DNA of 64,000 nt. Source: Octopus sinensis. Lineage: Eukaryota. Below, one piece after another: positions 39,823 to 53,247 of the stretch. Each line of letters begins with the position of its first letter. The stretch's first letter is position 1. The stretch is taken from NCBI RefSeq assembly GCF_006345805.1, contig NC_043006.1, forward strand, positions 100,440,001 through 100,504,000, read 5' to 3'. The notes beneath the pieces are model-generated. The model was not told the DNA's origin. It made no database searches and saw only the letters and a program-made list of their open reading frames with translations. The translations under genes were made by a program, and so were the position numbers.

Positions 39823-40920
39823 TGTGTTTGTGTGCAGTGGTCTGAGCATCAACAGCACCTGCATATTGGCTTATGTTTGTTTCTATGAATCTAATTTTCT
39901 ATTTAAAAAAGATAGATGTTTTTAGATTTACTCCTTTTGAAATATCCAAATTGACCTTTGGACTCCTATTCTAAGGTCATGACCTTGGGATATTTCTGTT
40001 TATACTCATTTCCTAGTCTGTTTTCCATTCAGTCACTATGTTAACTGAAAGCACTCTGTTTATGTCATTTTACTTGTCCTTTCCTCATACCACTTCCTTT
40101 CCTACTATCCTTTCTTATAGTTCTTCTTCTTTTCCATCTCCTAAATGTATTATTTACTTATTTAGATTTCAATTTTACTTAAGCTAATATGTTGTATACA
40201 TCTGTTCTTGGTTTACCCAATCTTTTGCTTGTCCAACTTATTGTTTCTGTTTTTAACTACCCTTCTTTTTCTCTCGTCGTGTTTTTCTATCTTCTTTTCT
40301 GTCCTCTCCATCTTTTTCCTTTCTCTATTCCTTTTCTCACTCCTTATTCTCTATTCAGTCCTTATTGTCTCTTTTCCCCTTCTCTTTTTTTCTTTCTTCC
40401 CTTCTCTTCCTCCTTCCTTACCCTTAATTTCTTTCTGCCCATTGCTTCCTTTCCAATTCTCATCAAAATAAATATCATATGCATTGCCAACAACCCAACT
40501 CTGTACATCATACAATAAATTGTACACTGATGCTCCGTTGTGGTTAATTACCTGATTGTACATGGAATATTCAATGCAGAGATCTAAAAAGCCACAATGG
40601 TGAAACGAACGTGAGAACAAATAATATAAACTTGTGTTTATCATAGTTTTACCCCACATTTGCTCTGTGTATCATAACTAATAACGCTGGTCTACAAGGC
40701 TTTCCGTGTTTAGGAAATAGACATCATTCCTATACAAAATCGGTTTCCTGAATCCAACTATAACCTTCTAATTGACTTATCAGATTTAGTTTTTAAGTTA
40801 TGGTCACTATATACGTGTGTACGTTCAGTACGCAGTGTTCGTTACCTTACTCTAATTCTAAGTTTCTTTGTCTTTCCATACGTTTTAGATGTCGTGGTGA
40901 AGCAATAGAAAATAAGCAAG

Positions 40921-41012
40921 ATGTCCTCTTCAAGAAATTGTTTCGTTAATTCTCCAAATGGGTTTTGCTTTTATTGTGGAGAATATACATTATCTGAAAA
41001 TCGAAAAACATA
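40921..41012 (+). pseudogene. Possible DNA-transposase N-terminal remnant
   Basis: Translates MSSSRNCFVNSPNGFCFYCGEYTLSENRK, resembling the C..N.P..FCY.CGE start of widespread metazoan transposon proteins. Truncated. Confidence 0.35.
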
Positions 41013-41170
41013 TTTTGCTTCACTACAACTTACATTAGTTTTTTTTTTTTTTTTACACCAGGTGCAGAGGTGATATATGTTCTTACGCCTAAAAGCCGAG
41101 GCAGACCCACGCATGACTTCTGTATGTGCTCGATTATGTTCATATACCTCAATTGGCTTCTAATTCATAT

Positions 41171-41215
<45 letters not shown>

Positions 41216-41451
41216 CATACATATATATGCACACACACAAACACAAACACAAACACAAACACATGTACATATATATATATATATATATATACAAATTGAG
41301 ATAGGGGTTGTAAATGCAACCCTCCATGGGATAACATATATCCAATATACTGCTAGTGAAGTACCCAACAATGTTAATACATAAATGTTAATGATTGCGA
41401 TGCAATCAATTCATTTACTGTATTATATGGGCAAAGGTAAAATGTATATTA

Positions 41452-41488
<37 letters not shown>

Positions 41489-41524
41489 CATGAATATATA
41501 AATATATACATGTATGTGTGTACG

Positions 41525-41555
<31 letters not shown>

Positions 41556-41591
41556 GTGTGTATGTATATACATATATAGAAAGATAGATGT

Positions 41592-41630
<39 letters not shown>

Positions 41631-42457
41631 CGCACATGAATGTATGTATATGTATATCTGAATATGTGCATATTATGTACGTATTTATGTGTGTGTATTT
41701 GTGTGTGTGTGTGTGCGTGTGTGTATGTGCTTGTATGCATACATTCAAAAGGTTTAGAAGGAAGTCTCTTGTAAGTTACTTTGTGTTAAAAACAAAAATA
41801 GAAAATGTTATGAGGATATAATCATAAAGTGTAAGAAAATATTTACATTCTTCTCAAAAAGATGTTACTGGCCATAATGTTTAAGACAATGCATTAAACA
41901 GGAAGAGGGAAAGTGAGCTGAATTAAATTAATATTTCATCAAAGCTGTTTTTAATTTAATTCAAATCATTATCATCTTTCTGTATTGTATTCACCATTGA
42001 AACCGGTAGCATCTTTTGATAGAAATATAAATATTTATCGCCTTTTATGATGCAGTCTTAATACCATTTCGCCTTTTAGTTTACTCTCAAACACACACGC
42101 ACACATATACATATATCTTACAGATAGCAAATATGACGATGAAAGCTGTATTTCTTTCATGTTGAATGTGACAAGGAAAGAAATACTAAAATACGAAGCA
42201 CTTCCGAATTATCTGTTCTTCATCAGAAAGGAAGATACGGAGATATGGCGGGGATAGAAAGAGAGAGACTTTCAGACAAAATATATTTGTACTTACGTGT
42301 GTGTGTGTATGCATGGTTGTGTGTGTTATTTAGTGTATATATGTAGATATATATGTGCGTGAGCATATATGTGTGCATATATGTATATACAAATACGTAT
42401 AAATATAGCCTATATATATAGGTATGCATGAAGCTATCTATATCTATAAATACTTGC

Positions 42458-42496
<39 letters not shown>

Positions 42497-44239
42497 CAGG
42501 TATACACAGATATATACACACGTATGTATGCATATACACACATACATATATATATAAATTACACACACACCACACATACACTCATAAACGCACACAAACG
42601 CAAACACACACACACACTTCAGTTTGTGAATGAGTTTCTGTTTTCTGTAACTAAAATTCTTCAATTGCATTTTTGGTCAGTTTATTTTGCTGAATTCATA
42701 AAAATGTCCATTTGATCATTTCTATTTATTTATATTATTTCATCTCTCAATAATATTTAGTTTTCTAAGCATTCTTCGTTATCATCAGAATGATATTTTG
42801 TAGATATATGGAATGTTTTTTAACATTCCATTCTCTTTAGTACAAGCGGAGAAACTGTTATACTAATATTTTTTACATATTTTTGTTATGTTGTTTCTTC
42901 TACACTACCTCACGAAAAATGATTTTATTTCTTCAATTCGCACAAGTACTTGATTTTATCTGAAATTTATGTGCATGTAATTTTTAGATTCCACAGAATG
43001 ATATCGGCAATTTAAGTTTTGATTCCCTATATATTGGATTTTTTTTATAAATATAGAATAATTTACTATTATTTCTTATTAGTGCATTATTCCAAAATTA
43101 GATTATGTCATTCATTCTGTTCAATTTCATTCGAGATATGTAGCATTTTCGTAGCTTTTGTGGGAGGTTATTGTAAGATTCACACAAAGTATTAATAGGA
43201 GCCAGAGAGTGGCTTAGGTTACTGGGTTGATGTACACCGAAGAACTCACTAGTGGGTCTGCATTTAGGGACCTCTCAACTGCACTGGACTGCCTCAACAA
43301 TCAGGTCACTCTACTCATATTCGATCTTACTATAAACTATCCATTTACACAATTGTCGTTGCGAGTTCAAATGATTTCCCGTTGTAAATAATGTAAGCTT
43401 TTCTGTTTACGAGCGTCTTCGAAAAGTGAGGTCGCATACGGGGAAATTTTCTTCAAAAAATAAATTAAGGGATTGTTATGATTAGCAACTTATAGTTTTT
43501 GTATAACATAACATTTAAGTTAACAATGACACATTGTAGAGTGTGTATAATTTTGAGGGGTTAAATTTTTTTTTAATGGAGAAAAGGTTTACGAACTATT
43601 ACAGTATACGTTATTTGAAATGAAGAGCATCATATAAGTCATCGTTCATAGCGTTCTAGCTCTTGTGTCGCAGAAGAAAATTTGGATTATTTACGGCCTC
43701 ATGAATAAGTTTTAACTAAAGCTTTCATCTTGTGTTTAGTCCACACAGTATTCGATGATCACCGATATTGTCTGAAAATGTGTATACAGTCATTAGCTTT
43801 TCCCCAGACTAATTCTAATTAGAAATATTTAAAATATATGAAACAGAACATTAATCTTTTGAATTATAAAAAATTACACCACTGAATTTTATAGTGTGAG
43901 ATAATGAGCGAAAATTATATACATTTTCAAATTTAATGAGTATCAAACCATATTCTGCTGACTTTGTAATGGAGAGAGGTCAGTAGCAAAAGTCTGTTGC
44001 CTAAAACGGGAGTCATAATACATTGCGCCGGGATATACAGTTTTTATGGAAATAGAAATGGGCGACAAAACATTCTGTATATTGCCATCTATAAAACCAA
44101 ACCTTCTTAGGATACAGAATCTTCATCAATCTAGGGAAGTTGATGACGGCGCCCAAGAAACAACTGTGCATAAAAACAAAATGTAGATAACTTTTTCAAT
44201 ACACTTCTCTCCAACGTATGCAATAGTTTCCAGATAAGG

Positions 44240-44745
44240 ACAAATCAGTGATTTAATTGCCTAAAATACTTTCAGGAACCCACTGCAAATCTCTAGCGCA
44301 CCAACACCATGTATCTTCCTTAAGAAAATTTTTGACAGTACAGACAAATGCTACTGCCCATTAAAACAGCAAGGTTTATACCATTTTAACCAACTCTTTC
44401 TATTACTAATCCTGACAGTCTTCAATCCCAAATGTCTGCACAAGACAATTCTCAAATATCTACATTCCTTAATTACAACCCACCAGACCGAATCTTTTTT
44501 ACTACTTTTAGTGATGCACAGAGTAACCTTATTCCTACCAAAATGAACTCGCACTTTACCAACTCACGTGTTTTATCCGAAGTTACTGTTTCTCTCTTTC
44601 ACTGTTTATTTCATCGTGTTGCTTTCTGTTGAAGAGCGTAGCTTCGAAACGTTAACACACTTTCTCACCTCGTACGGCAAACTAATACACCTACTTTTTG
44701 TTTATACCCGTCTTCATTTTCTGTTTTTCTCTAAATTTTAATTAT
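44240..44745 (+). mobile_element. Decayed Penelope-like 3' fragment with minimal hammerhead-like motif (44626-44655)
   Basis: CUGUUGAA-GAGC-GUAG-CUUC-GAAAC-GUU-AA, same layout as the 35204 motif. Pyrimidine-rich tail ending in (TA)n. Confidence 0.35.
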
Positions 44746-44761
44746 ATATATACATATATTA

Positions 44762-44897
44762 TCAATAATAATAAAGGGTAAAATCAACTAATCAATTGAT
44801 AATGAATAATTTTACCAAGTAGTTCGGTATGTTAAAAGAACCGTTATCGCTAAACTTATACAAAAATTCTATAATTATGCTCATAATTATAGAACTT
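44762..44897 (-). mobile_element. Short 3'-terminal fragment related to the 601-bp array monomer
   Basis: TAATAATAAAGGGTAAAAT..ACCAAGTAGTTCGGTATGTTAAAAG versus array TAATAATGAAGGGTGAAAT..ACCAAGTAGTCTTCGGCATGTAAAAG. Confidence 0.6.
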
Positions 44898-45065
44898 ATG
44901 TATATATGTATATATGTATGTATATATGTATGTATATATATGTATATATATATGTATATATGTATGTATATATATGTATATATATATGTATATATGTATG
45001 TATGTATGTATGTATGTGTGTATGTATGTGTGTATGTATGTATGTATGTATGTATGTATGTATAT

Positions 45066-45375
45066 AGGCGCAGAAGTGGCTGTGTGGTAAGTAGCTTGCT
45101 TACCAACCAAATGGTTCTGGGTTCAATCTCACTACGTGACAGCTTGGGCAGCGCTTCTACTATAGCCCCAGGCCGACCAAAGCCTTATGAGGGAATTTAG
45201 TTGACGGAAACTGAAAGAAACCCGTCGTATAAATATATATCTATATGGATATGTTTGTGTTTCTACGTTTGTCCCCCCACCATTGCTTGACAACCGATGC
45301 TGGTGTGTTTACGTCTGTCCTCGCCATCTAGCAGTTCGGCGAAAGGGTTCGATAGAATAAATACTAGGCTTACAA
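45066..45375 (+). mobile_element. tRNA-derived SINE
   Basis: AGGCGCAGAAGTGGCTGTGTGGTAAG head, B-box GGTTCAATCTC. Homologous to 61840-62232. Confidence 0.8.
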
Positions 45376-45490
45376 CGGTAATATACCCCGACTACGCATG
45401 ACACCAATTAGCCCAAACTGTATCAGTGCTCTATTAAACACTTCAACCCACTAATCGACATATATCCGTTTGTCCAAAATGTTAAGCATA

Positions 45491-45580
<90 letters not shown>

Positions 45581-45583
45581 TAT

Positions 45584-45626
<43 letters not shown>

Positions 45627-45685
45627 TGCCCCAGCATGGCCGCGGCCTTCGGACTAAAACATTTTTAAGGATTTAAGGATATATA

Positions 45686-45953
45686 TCACTAAAGTTACCT
45701 AGGGCGCTAGTCGCTACCAGTATTGCTAGAAATAAGAGTTAAAACAACTCATACCCACGAGAAGCACTTATATTAATGACTGACAAGAGAGGCAAGGGGT
45801 ATGAAATCACCGTGATCTGGCTAAGCCTGGACACTGAGCGAGCTTGTCCCCCTTGTCAGTCCTTACGGTAAGTGCTTCTCGTGTCTATGAGTTGTTTTAA
45901 CTCGTATTTCTAGCAATATTGGTGCTGACTAACGCCCTCAGTCACTATAGTGA
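45686..45953. repeat. Imperfect foldback: ~100-bp inverted arms around a ~65-bp spacer
   Basis: TATTGCTAGAAATAAGAGTTAAAACAACTCATA..CACGAGAAGCACTTA is mirrored by TAAGTGCTTCTCGTG..TATGAGTTGTTTTAACTCGTATTTCTAGCAATA. Confidence 0.85.
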
Positions 45954-46150
45954 CGTATATGTTTCTGTCTTTTGGTTATAAATTTGCGAACAAGCTGCCC
46001 TTATTATTTATGTGATAAGGTCGTGCTCCAGTATGGCCGTAGGCAAATGATTGAAACAAGTAAAAGAATAAAATTATATAGATATATATCTTTAAATCTT
46101 CATACTCAAATGTGCGGTTAATTTGAGGCATCACCGCACATGTATGTATG

Positions 46151-46197
<47 letters not shown>

Positions 46198-47782
46198 GTT
46201 CACAGGACACCTCAGTGCAAGAAAGAATGAATAAAGATGCAACTTTCATCTAGAAATATCTTCCCCAACTAAATATGAACACATAACATAATACAGAACA
46301 CTACTAACCTTTCAATTAATACCACTAACCCCATACATCCCATACACCTTTCACATTACAGATCTATATCTAACGTAATTGCACCAAATCCAGAACTACT
46401 TACCTCCCTTACACATTATTTTTTTTTTCTCAGGGACTAATAGACCTGACACCGTTCATTAATCGGTGTGCATTCAAAGCAATGAATGAATGTATTCAAT
46501 GCAATGATTAGTAATTTACGAAACCGGTATGCTTTTAAATCTTTTTAACAATTCACAAAAAGGATTTTTATTACTTTTATTCCTATCTCTGTTCATCTAA
46601 ATCTATATATATTTCGTTACTTTTCATCAAAAGCCTTTTTTTTTATTTCCAATGTGCATTTTCGCTTATTTTTCTTCTAACTTTCCCCTTACATTTCAAC
46701 GTGTAGTTTGTATTTTCTTTTTATAACATATTTCTATTATATATATATGTATATATATATAATATGTGTATGTATGTATGTGTGTATATATGTATGCATA
46801 TATGTATGTATGTATATATGTATGTATGTGTGAATGTCGAGTATATATTAACAACTGCAGCATCAAATTGTTTTCAATAAATACATATATGAAACATGCA
46901 ATTTTTTTGTAAACAAATATTTAATTTTGCTGTGAAAATATAAGAAAATGTCGTAAATTCTGGATTATTAAATTCTCATCAACTGAAGAATATGTGACTT
47001 GTTTGTACTTTTTTTTTTCGCAACTTGACTAAATATTTGTTTGTTTATTTTTAAATATTGCATACGGTTTCCAATATTTATTTACTTCTATGCATATATT
47101 TATAGGGCAAATCAATTTAGAACGTCGCTGTGGAGCAGTTGATGTAAAGATTAAAGAAGCCGAAAAAGCATAGCATCACCAAACAAAGGGACTACTAAAC
47201 CGTTACTTTATACCAAACGTTCTCTGCGATGCAGAAACTTGGAGAATGTACGGAGCAACGTAAAAGAAGAGAGACGCATTTAAGATATGAATCTTTCAGA
47301 GATAGGGAAGAACGAGCTAAGTAAAACAATAGACGCTGCACTACCAGAAAAACTGAACATTTCAGAGACTTCAATTGTCGAGGAACAAGTTCAAAATGCT
47401 ACAAAAGTGTGGACATGGGTCGTTGTGCAAAACCATCCTGAAGAAATCTGTGGAAGAGAGAAAGGAGCCATGAAAGATGTTATGAACAAGAAACAAGAAA
47501 TTGTATGATTGGAGGTTCATAACTGAATGACGGTGAACAGTTGTGATGTTTGTGCGGACTGCTGCCGATGGAAATGTTCAGCCAATATTTTTAAGTTTGA
47601 GTTTTGTTTTAGTTTAGGGTAAGTTGAGTGGGTGTCAAAGATATTAGTTGAAAATTTGGTTAGAAGTGTAGTAACAGTGGGAGCTTTGTGGACAGAAATT
47701 TGTAATAAATAAAGACAGTTCGATAAAAATAATGTTCGATATCAACTTTCATCTTACGATCCAACGACGATCATTCTAAGTA

Positions 47783-48197
47783 CCGTGTATACTCGGCTAT
47801 AAATCGCATTTTTCCCCCTGAAATTTTCACCTAAATTTGGGGTGCGACTTAAAAGCGCATCCTATAAAAAAATCTTCAGAAAGTTTCTAGGTGTAAGCCA
47901 TGTCTGACTTCCAGCACTTGGACTAACCGAAAAGGATGAAATTTTACATTATAAACAACGGTTTTTAAATGCATGGACTTAATAGGGCACCAGTTGTTGT
48001 AAGTCATCTCCAGCTTACTGAAAGTTCGGTTACCGAACAACAACTATGTCGGCGCGATTCCTAATCAAACTTTGCTCTCCAACATCAAAAAGTGACTGCG
48101 ACTTATAGTCTGGTCAATGATAAAATTCCAGATTTGAACCTTGTAAATCGAGAGTGCGTCTTATAGGCGAGCGCGTTTTACAGTCGAGTATATACGG
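47783..48197. mobile_element. pogo/Tigger-type MITE
   Basis: TIRs CCGTGTATACTCGGCTATAAATCGC / GCGTTTTACAGTCGAGTATATACGG with TA on both sides. Confidence 0.75.
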
Positions 48198-48830
48198 TAA
48201 ATATAAGAACGAAACTGATAAGTCCGATCTCTGGGAAAGAGACGGTCAGTGACAGGTTGTTGAGTAGCTGTGTCAGGCTGTTTAGTTCATAGGTAAAGGC
48301 TTGAGTGTGTAAGACATCAGGGAGCCATTATGGAGTTCATGGTTATAACGACAGCCAATAACAATGGTTGTTTCTCGAAGCTGGATGTCAGGAGGCATTT
48401 TCTGCTTAATCTCAGCACTGAATAAATTTGTAGCATTGGTGGATGTGGACAACATCTTATTTATTTTTTAAAATTATATAAAAATATCAGAGATTTAATG
48501 AAACAAGATGAGGAGAGCTAGGCCATCTGGGGAGCGGACCAGTCTGATAGATAGCAACACAATTAAAATAGCGTCCATTACATGCAAAATATATTGGTAC
48601 TTTTCTATTTTATTTTATTTTTCTGTTTTCAATCAATGAAAACTGATAACAGACTGCGCCTACACCGAGGCATGCCTTGATGAGAAGAGTCAATCATTGC
48701 ACGGTAGCGTCTCACACATGAAGTCGTGTGTAATCGCAGGAATTACTTATATTTATATATTTGTGTATAAGTATAAGTGCATGTATGTATATATATATAC
48801 ATACAAACATACATACATGCCTGCATGAGC

Positions 48831-48882
<52 letters not shown>

Positions 48883-49568
48883 AAATCAATAAGACATCAG
48901 GAGATATGTAATTACCTCCATTAGCGCATAGCTGTATCTGCAACAAGTACGCATGCACTTAGGTCTGAGTGCTCATGCGACATGTTACAGTTTCATTGGA
49001 CGCATTTAAATGAAGTGTATCTTTATTGCGCAGATCATTTAAATGCATAGAGACGGATACATATAGAACAATAAATGAAAGAAACCAATTTAGTAGATTT
49101 GAAAATGTTATGCACCTCCCACACACATGAATATAAAATATTTATATATTCGAAATATTTATCTATAGGCGAGGTTATTTCCTCCTCACATTAACCAAAC
49201 TGTGTTATATTATTTATAATTTTACAGATATTAATTTCTGTATGTTTAAATGCTTGTCGCAATATGAACAAACTTCATTTCAATTATTAAAAGGAAGCTA
49301 AAAGATGTTGCATGAAAATTCAACTCCAAGTAAACGCTTACTTAAATCCATTAAACCAGAAATAACAATAAGTTATTGAAAGCGATTAGATAACTCTTGT
49401 TCTTGCCTCATTCCTTGGTTGATGTCAGGCGTCATACTGATCTGATGGCTTACTGTAAAACATAATTTGATCGGTTTCAAATTTTAGCTCAAAGCCTGCA
49501 ATGTCGTTAATTTATTGACCCACGAAAAGATGAAAAGCAAAGTCGAACCCCCGGTGGCATTTGATGTC

Positions 49569-51189
49569 TGCTACCGAGACATCGAGCATGCTTCGAGAAC
49601 TTTACGGCGACGAGGCAATGGACCGTACGCAATGTTTCGAGTGACACAGGAGCTTTAAAAGCGGAAGGAGATCCCTGGAAGATGATTATCGATCTGGAAG
49701 ACCTGCCACAAGCGTCACCCCCGACAAATAATCCTTCGAAGGCAGCCCGATAATCGCGAGTTCGATTATTGCGTTTGAGAGAGGACATTCAACGAAAGCG
49801 ACCGTATCTTATTTCTTTACTGCCCACAAGGGGCTAAACACAGAGGGGACAAACAAGGACAGACAAAGGGATTAAGTCGATTACATCGACCCCAGTGTGT
49901 AACTGGTACTTAATTTATCGACTCCAAAAGGATGAAAGGCAAAGTCGACCTCGGCGGAATTTGAACTCAGAACGTAGCGGCAGACGAAATACCTATTTCT
50001 TTACTACTCACAAGGGGCTAAACACAGAGGGGACAAACAAGGACAGACAAAGGGATTAAGTCGATTACATCGACCCCAGTGTGTAACTGGTACTTAATTT
50101 ATCGACTCCAAAAGGATGAAAGGCAAAGTCGACCTCGGCGGAATTTGAACTCAGAACGTCGCGGCAGACGAAATACCTATTTCTTTACTACTCACAAGGG
50201 GCTAAACACAGAGGGGACAAACAAGGACAGACAAAGGGATTAAGTCGATTACATCGACCCCAGTGTGTAACTGGTACTTAATTTATCGACTCCAAAAGGA
50301 TGAAAGGCAAAGTCGACCTCGGCGGAATTTGAACTCAAAACGTAGCGGCAGACGAAATACCTATTTCTTTACTACTCACAAGGGGCTAAACACAGAGGGG
50401 ACAAACAAGGACAGACAAAGGGATTAAGTCGATTACATCGACCCCAGTGTGTAACTGGTACTTAATTTATCGACTCCAAAAGGATGAAAGGCAAAGTCGA
50501 CCTTGGCGGAATTTGAACTCAGAACGTAACGGCAGACGAAATACCTATTTCTTTACTACTCACAAGGGGCTAAACACAGAGGGGACAAACAAGGACAGAC
50601 AAAGGGATTAAGTCGATTACATCGACCCCAGTGTGTAACTGGTACTTAATTTATCGACTCCAAAAGGATGAAAGGCAAAGTCGACCTTGGCGGAATTTGA
50701 ACTCAGAACGTAACGGCAGACGAAATACGGCTACGCATTTCGCCCGGCGTGCTAACGTATCTGCCAGCTCGCCACCGAATACGCGAAAGCAACCGTATCT
50801 GTGGAGCGCGAAGAATTGGATTCTTCACGATGACAATAAACCCTCTCACCGAGCTCTCCTCACTCGTGAGGTTCTTGCCAAAACCAACATGGCATCGTTT
50901 TCATACCCACCCTATTCACCAGATTTAGCTCCAGCGGATCTCCATCACTTCCCCAAGGTTAAAAGGCAGCTCAAACGTCGCCGTTTTAGCATCGTTGTCG
51001 AAATCAAGGGCAAATCGCAGAAAGTTCTCGACTCTCTTACAGAAGATGACCTCTAGGCCGGCTTCCAAATGTGGCAGGACCGTTGCATTGCTGCGCGTGG
51101 TGAATATTTCGAAGAAGATTTAAAACTTGGAAAAACGAGTTACTTTTTATTAAATCTAACTGGTTCGGGAACCTTTTGATACCAGCTCG
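49569..51189 (+). pseudogene. Decayed mariner (DD34D) transposase, internally deleted and interrupted by a SINE multimer
   Basis: 5' piece translates MLRELYGDEAMDRTQCFE*HRSFKSGRRSLEDDYRSGRP (HTH region). 3' piece [41 protein letters not shown]. 3' TIR GGAACCTTTTGATACCAGCTCG|TA. Confidence 0.85.
49810..50776 (-). mobile_element. SINE with five tandem 184-bp units and one head
   Basis: Units start at 49810, 49994, 50178, 50362 and 50546. Head at 50729-50776. 17-bp flanking duplication CGAAAGC(G/A)ACCGTATCT at 49793 and 50784. Confidence 0.9.
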
Positions 51190-51239
51190 TATGTATAAAT
51201 AGATGATAGATATGTAAATAGAAATACGTATATAAACAG

Positions 51240-51286
51240 ACAGACAGAGAGAAAGAGAGACAGACAGAAAAGCAGACAGACAGACG

Positions 51287-51341
<55 letters not shown>

Positions 51342-51349
51342 GGATAGAC

Positions 51350-51397
<48 letters not shown>

Positions 51398-51409
51398 GGA
51401 TAGATAGAC

Positions 51410-51488
<79 letters not shown>

Positions 51489-51512
51489 TAGATAGATAGA
51501 TAGATTAGATAG

Positions 51513-51543
<31 letters not shown>

Positions 51544-51553
51544 GATAGATAGA
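51240..51553. repeat. (TAGA)n/(CAGA)n microsatellite
   Basis: Direct observation. Confidence 0.95.
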
Positions 51554-51556
51554 CAA

Positions 51557-52257
51557 GTTTCTTTATTGGCCACACAGGGCTGCACACAGATGGGACAAGT
51601 TACAAGGTAGAGCTTTTCTTTTGGGGGATGAAAAAAAACAAAAAAACAAAAGAAAAAAAAGGGGTGGCGTAGGTTTTCGATCAAGAAGGAAGAAAAAGGG
51701 AAGTAAAAGGGAAGAAAAGAACAAAGAAAAAATAAATAAAAAAAAATAAAAGAAAAAAAAAGAATTAAAATAAAAAAAGAAAAGAAAAAGGAACAAAAGA
51801 AAAGAGAAATGAAAAAAGAAGAAAAAAGGGGAAAAAAAGGGGAAGAGGAAAAAAAACGATCAATAGGGATCATGTATCACAGTGTTATGATATATGGTGT
51901 AAAGGGGAAAGCAAGTAAGGCTTATCCGTGGGAAGAAAAGCCTACGAAAAAGACCACGGTAACCTTGGTCAATATTGTTATATGTTACCACATTTGTTTG
52001 CAAGTGGGTAACCCTCTGTTTTCAATTTCTGGGTTCATAGGATTATGCTCAAGGTGGCTTCGTCATTCATACGTGCCATCCTTGCTACATTCACCCATCT
52101 TTTTTTAAAGCATTCGCTAGACAAAACTTGCCTCTCTACTCTCACTTTCCTTTTTAAGTGGTACTTGAAGAAGTTGATGAGAGATTGACCAGAGAGGAAA
52201 GTGTTTGTCTGCAATCCTTTCAGACGCGTCCACCAGATACATTCTTTCGCCATTCTT

Positions 52258-52258
<1 letters not shown>
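51557..52258 (-). mobile_element. Tx1/L1-like LINE 3' end, copy 1, in (GATA)n
   Basis: Ends GTGTGCAGCCCTGTGTGGCCAATAAAGAAAC then (TATC)n. Encodes [27 protein letters not shown]. Confidence 0.7.
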
Positions 52259-52341
<83 letters not shown>

Positions 52342-52384
52342 CAGATAGATAGATAGATAGACAGATAGATAGACAGATATATAG

Positions 52385-52416
<32 letters not shown>

Positions 52417-52438
52417 GGATAGATAGACAGATAGATAT

Positions 52439-53068
52439 GTTTCTTTATTAGCCACACAGGGCTGCACACAGATAGAACAGATTACAAGGTAGAGCTTTTC
52501 TTTTGAAGGTATTAAAAAAAAAAAAAAAAAAAAAAAAAGGAAGGGGGAGGTTCGATCAAAAGGGATCGTAAAAGGAGAGAAAGAGGACAAAAATAAGGGG
52601 GGTTTTAAAAAAAAAAATAAAAAAAAAAAAGGGGGGAGAGGAAAAAAAATGATCAATAGGGATCGTTATCACAGAAATGTCAATATGAAGTGTAAGGGGG
52701 AGGACAGGTGAGGTTTACCGTGGAAAGAAAAGCTGCGGAAAAGACCACGGTAACCTCGGTCAATGAAGTCACATTTTATATTTCTTTTTTTTTTTTTTTT
52801 TTTTTTTTTTTTGCAAATAAGCAACTCTCTGTTTTCGATTTCTGGGTTCATAGACTATGCTCAAGGTGGCTTCGTCATTCATACGTGCCATTCTTGCTAC
52901 ATTCACCCATCTTTTTTTAAAGCATTCGCTAGACAAAACTTGCCTCTCTACTCTCACTTTCTTTTTAAGTGGTACTTGAAGAAGTTGATGAGAGATTGAC
53001 CAGAGAGGAAAGTGTTTGTCTGCAATCCTTTCAGACGCGTCCACCAGATACATTCTTTCGCCATTCTT

Positions 53069-53069
<1 letters not shown>
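52439..53069 (-). mobile_element. Tx1/L1-like LINE 3' end, copy 2
   Basis: Same 5' truncation point as copy 1. 3' UTR near-identical to copy 3. Confidence 0.7.
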
Positions 53070-53150
<81 letters not shown>

Positions 53151-53193
53151 CAGATAGATAGATAGATAGACAGATAGATAGACAGATATATAG

Positions 53194-53225
<32 letters not shown>

Positions 53226-53247
53226 GGATAGATAGACAGATAGATAT

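Noticed and set aside
47100-48450. Possible decayed LINE endonuclease on minus, interrupted by the MITE
   Set aside because: Only faint peptide echoes (NSLTQLL); not supportable without an alignment.
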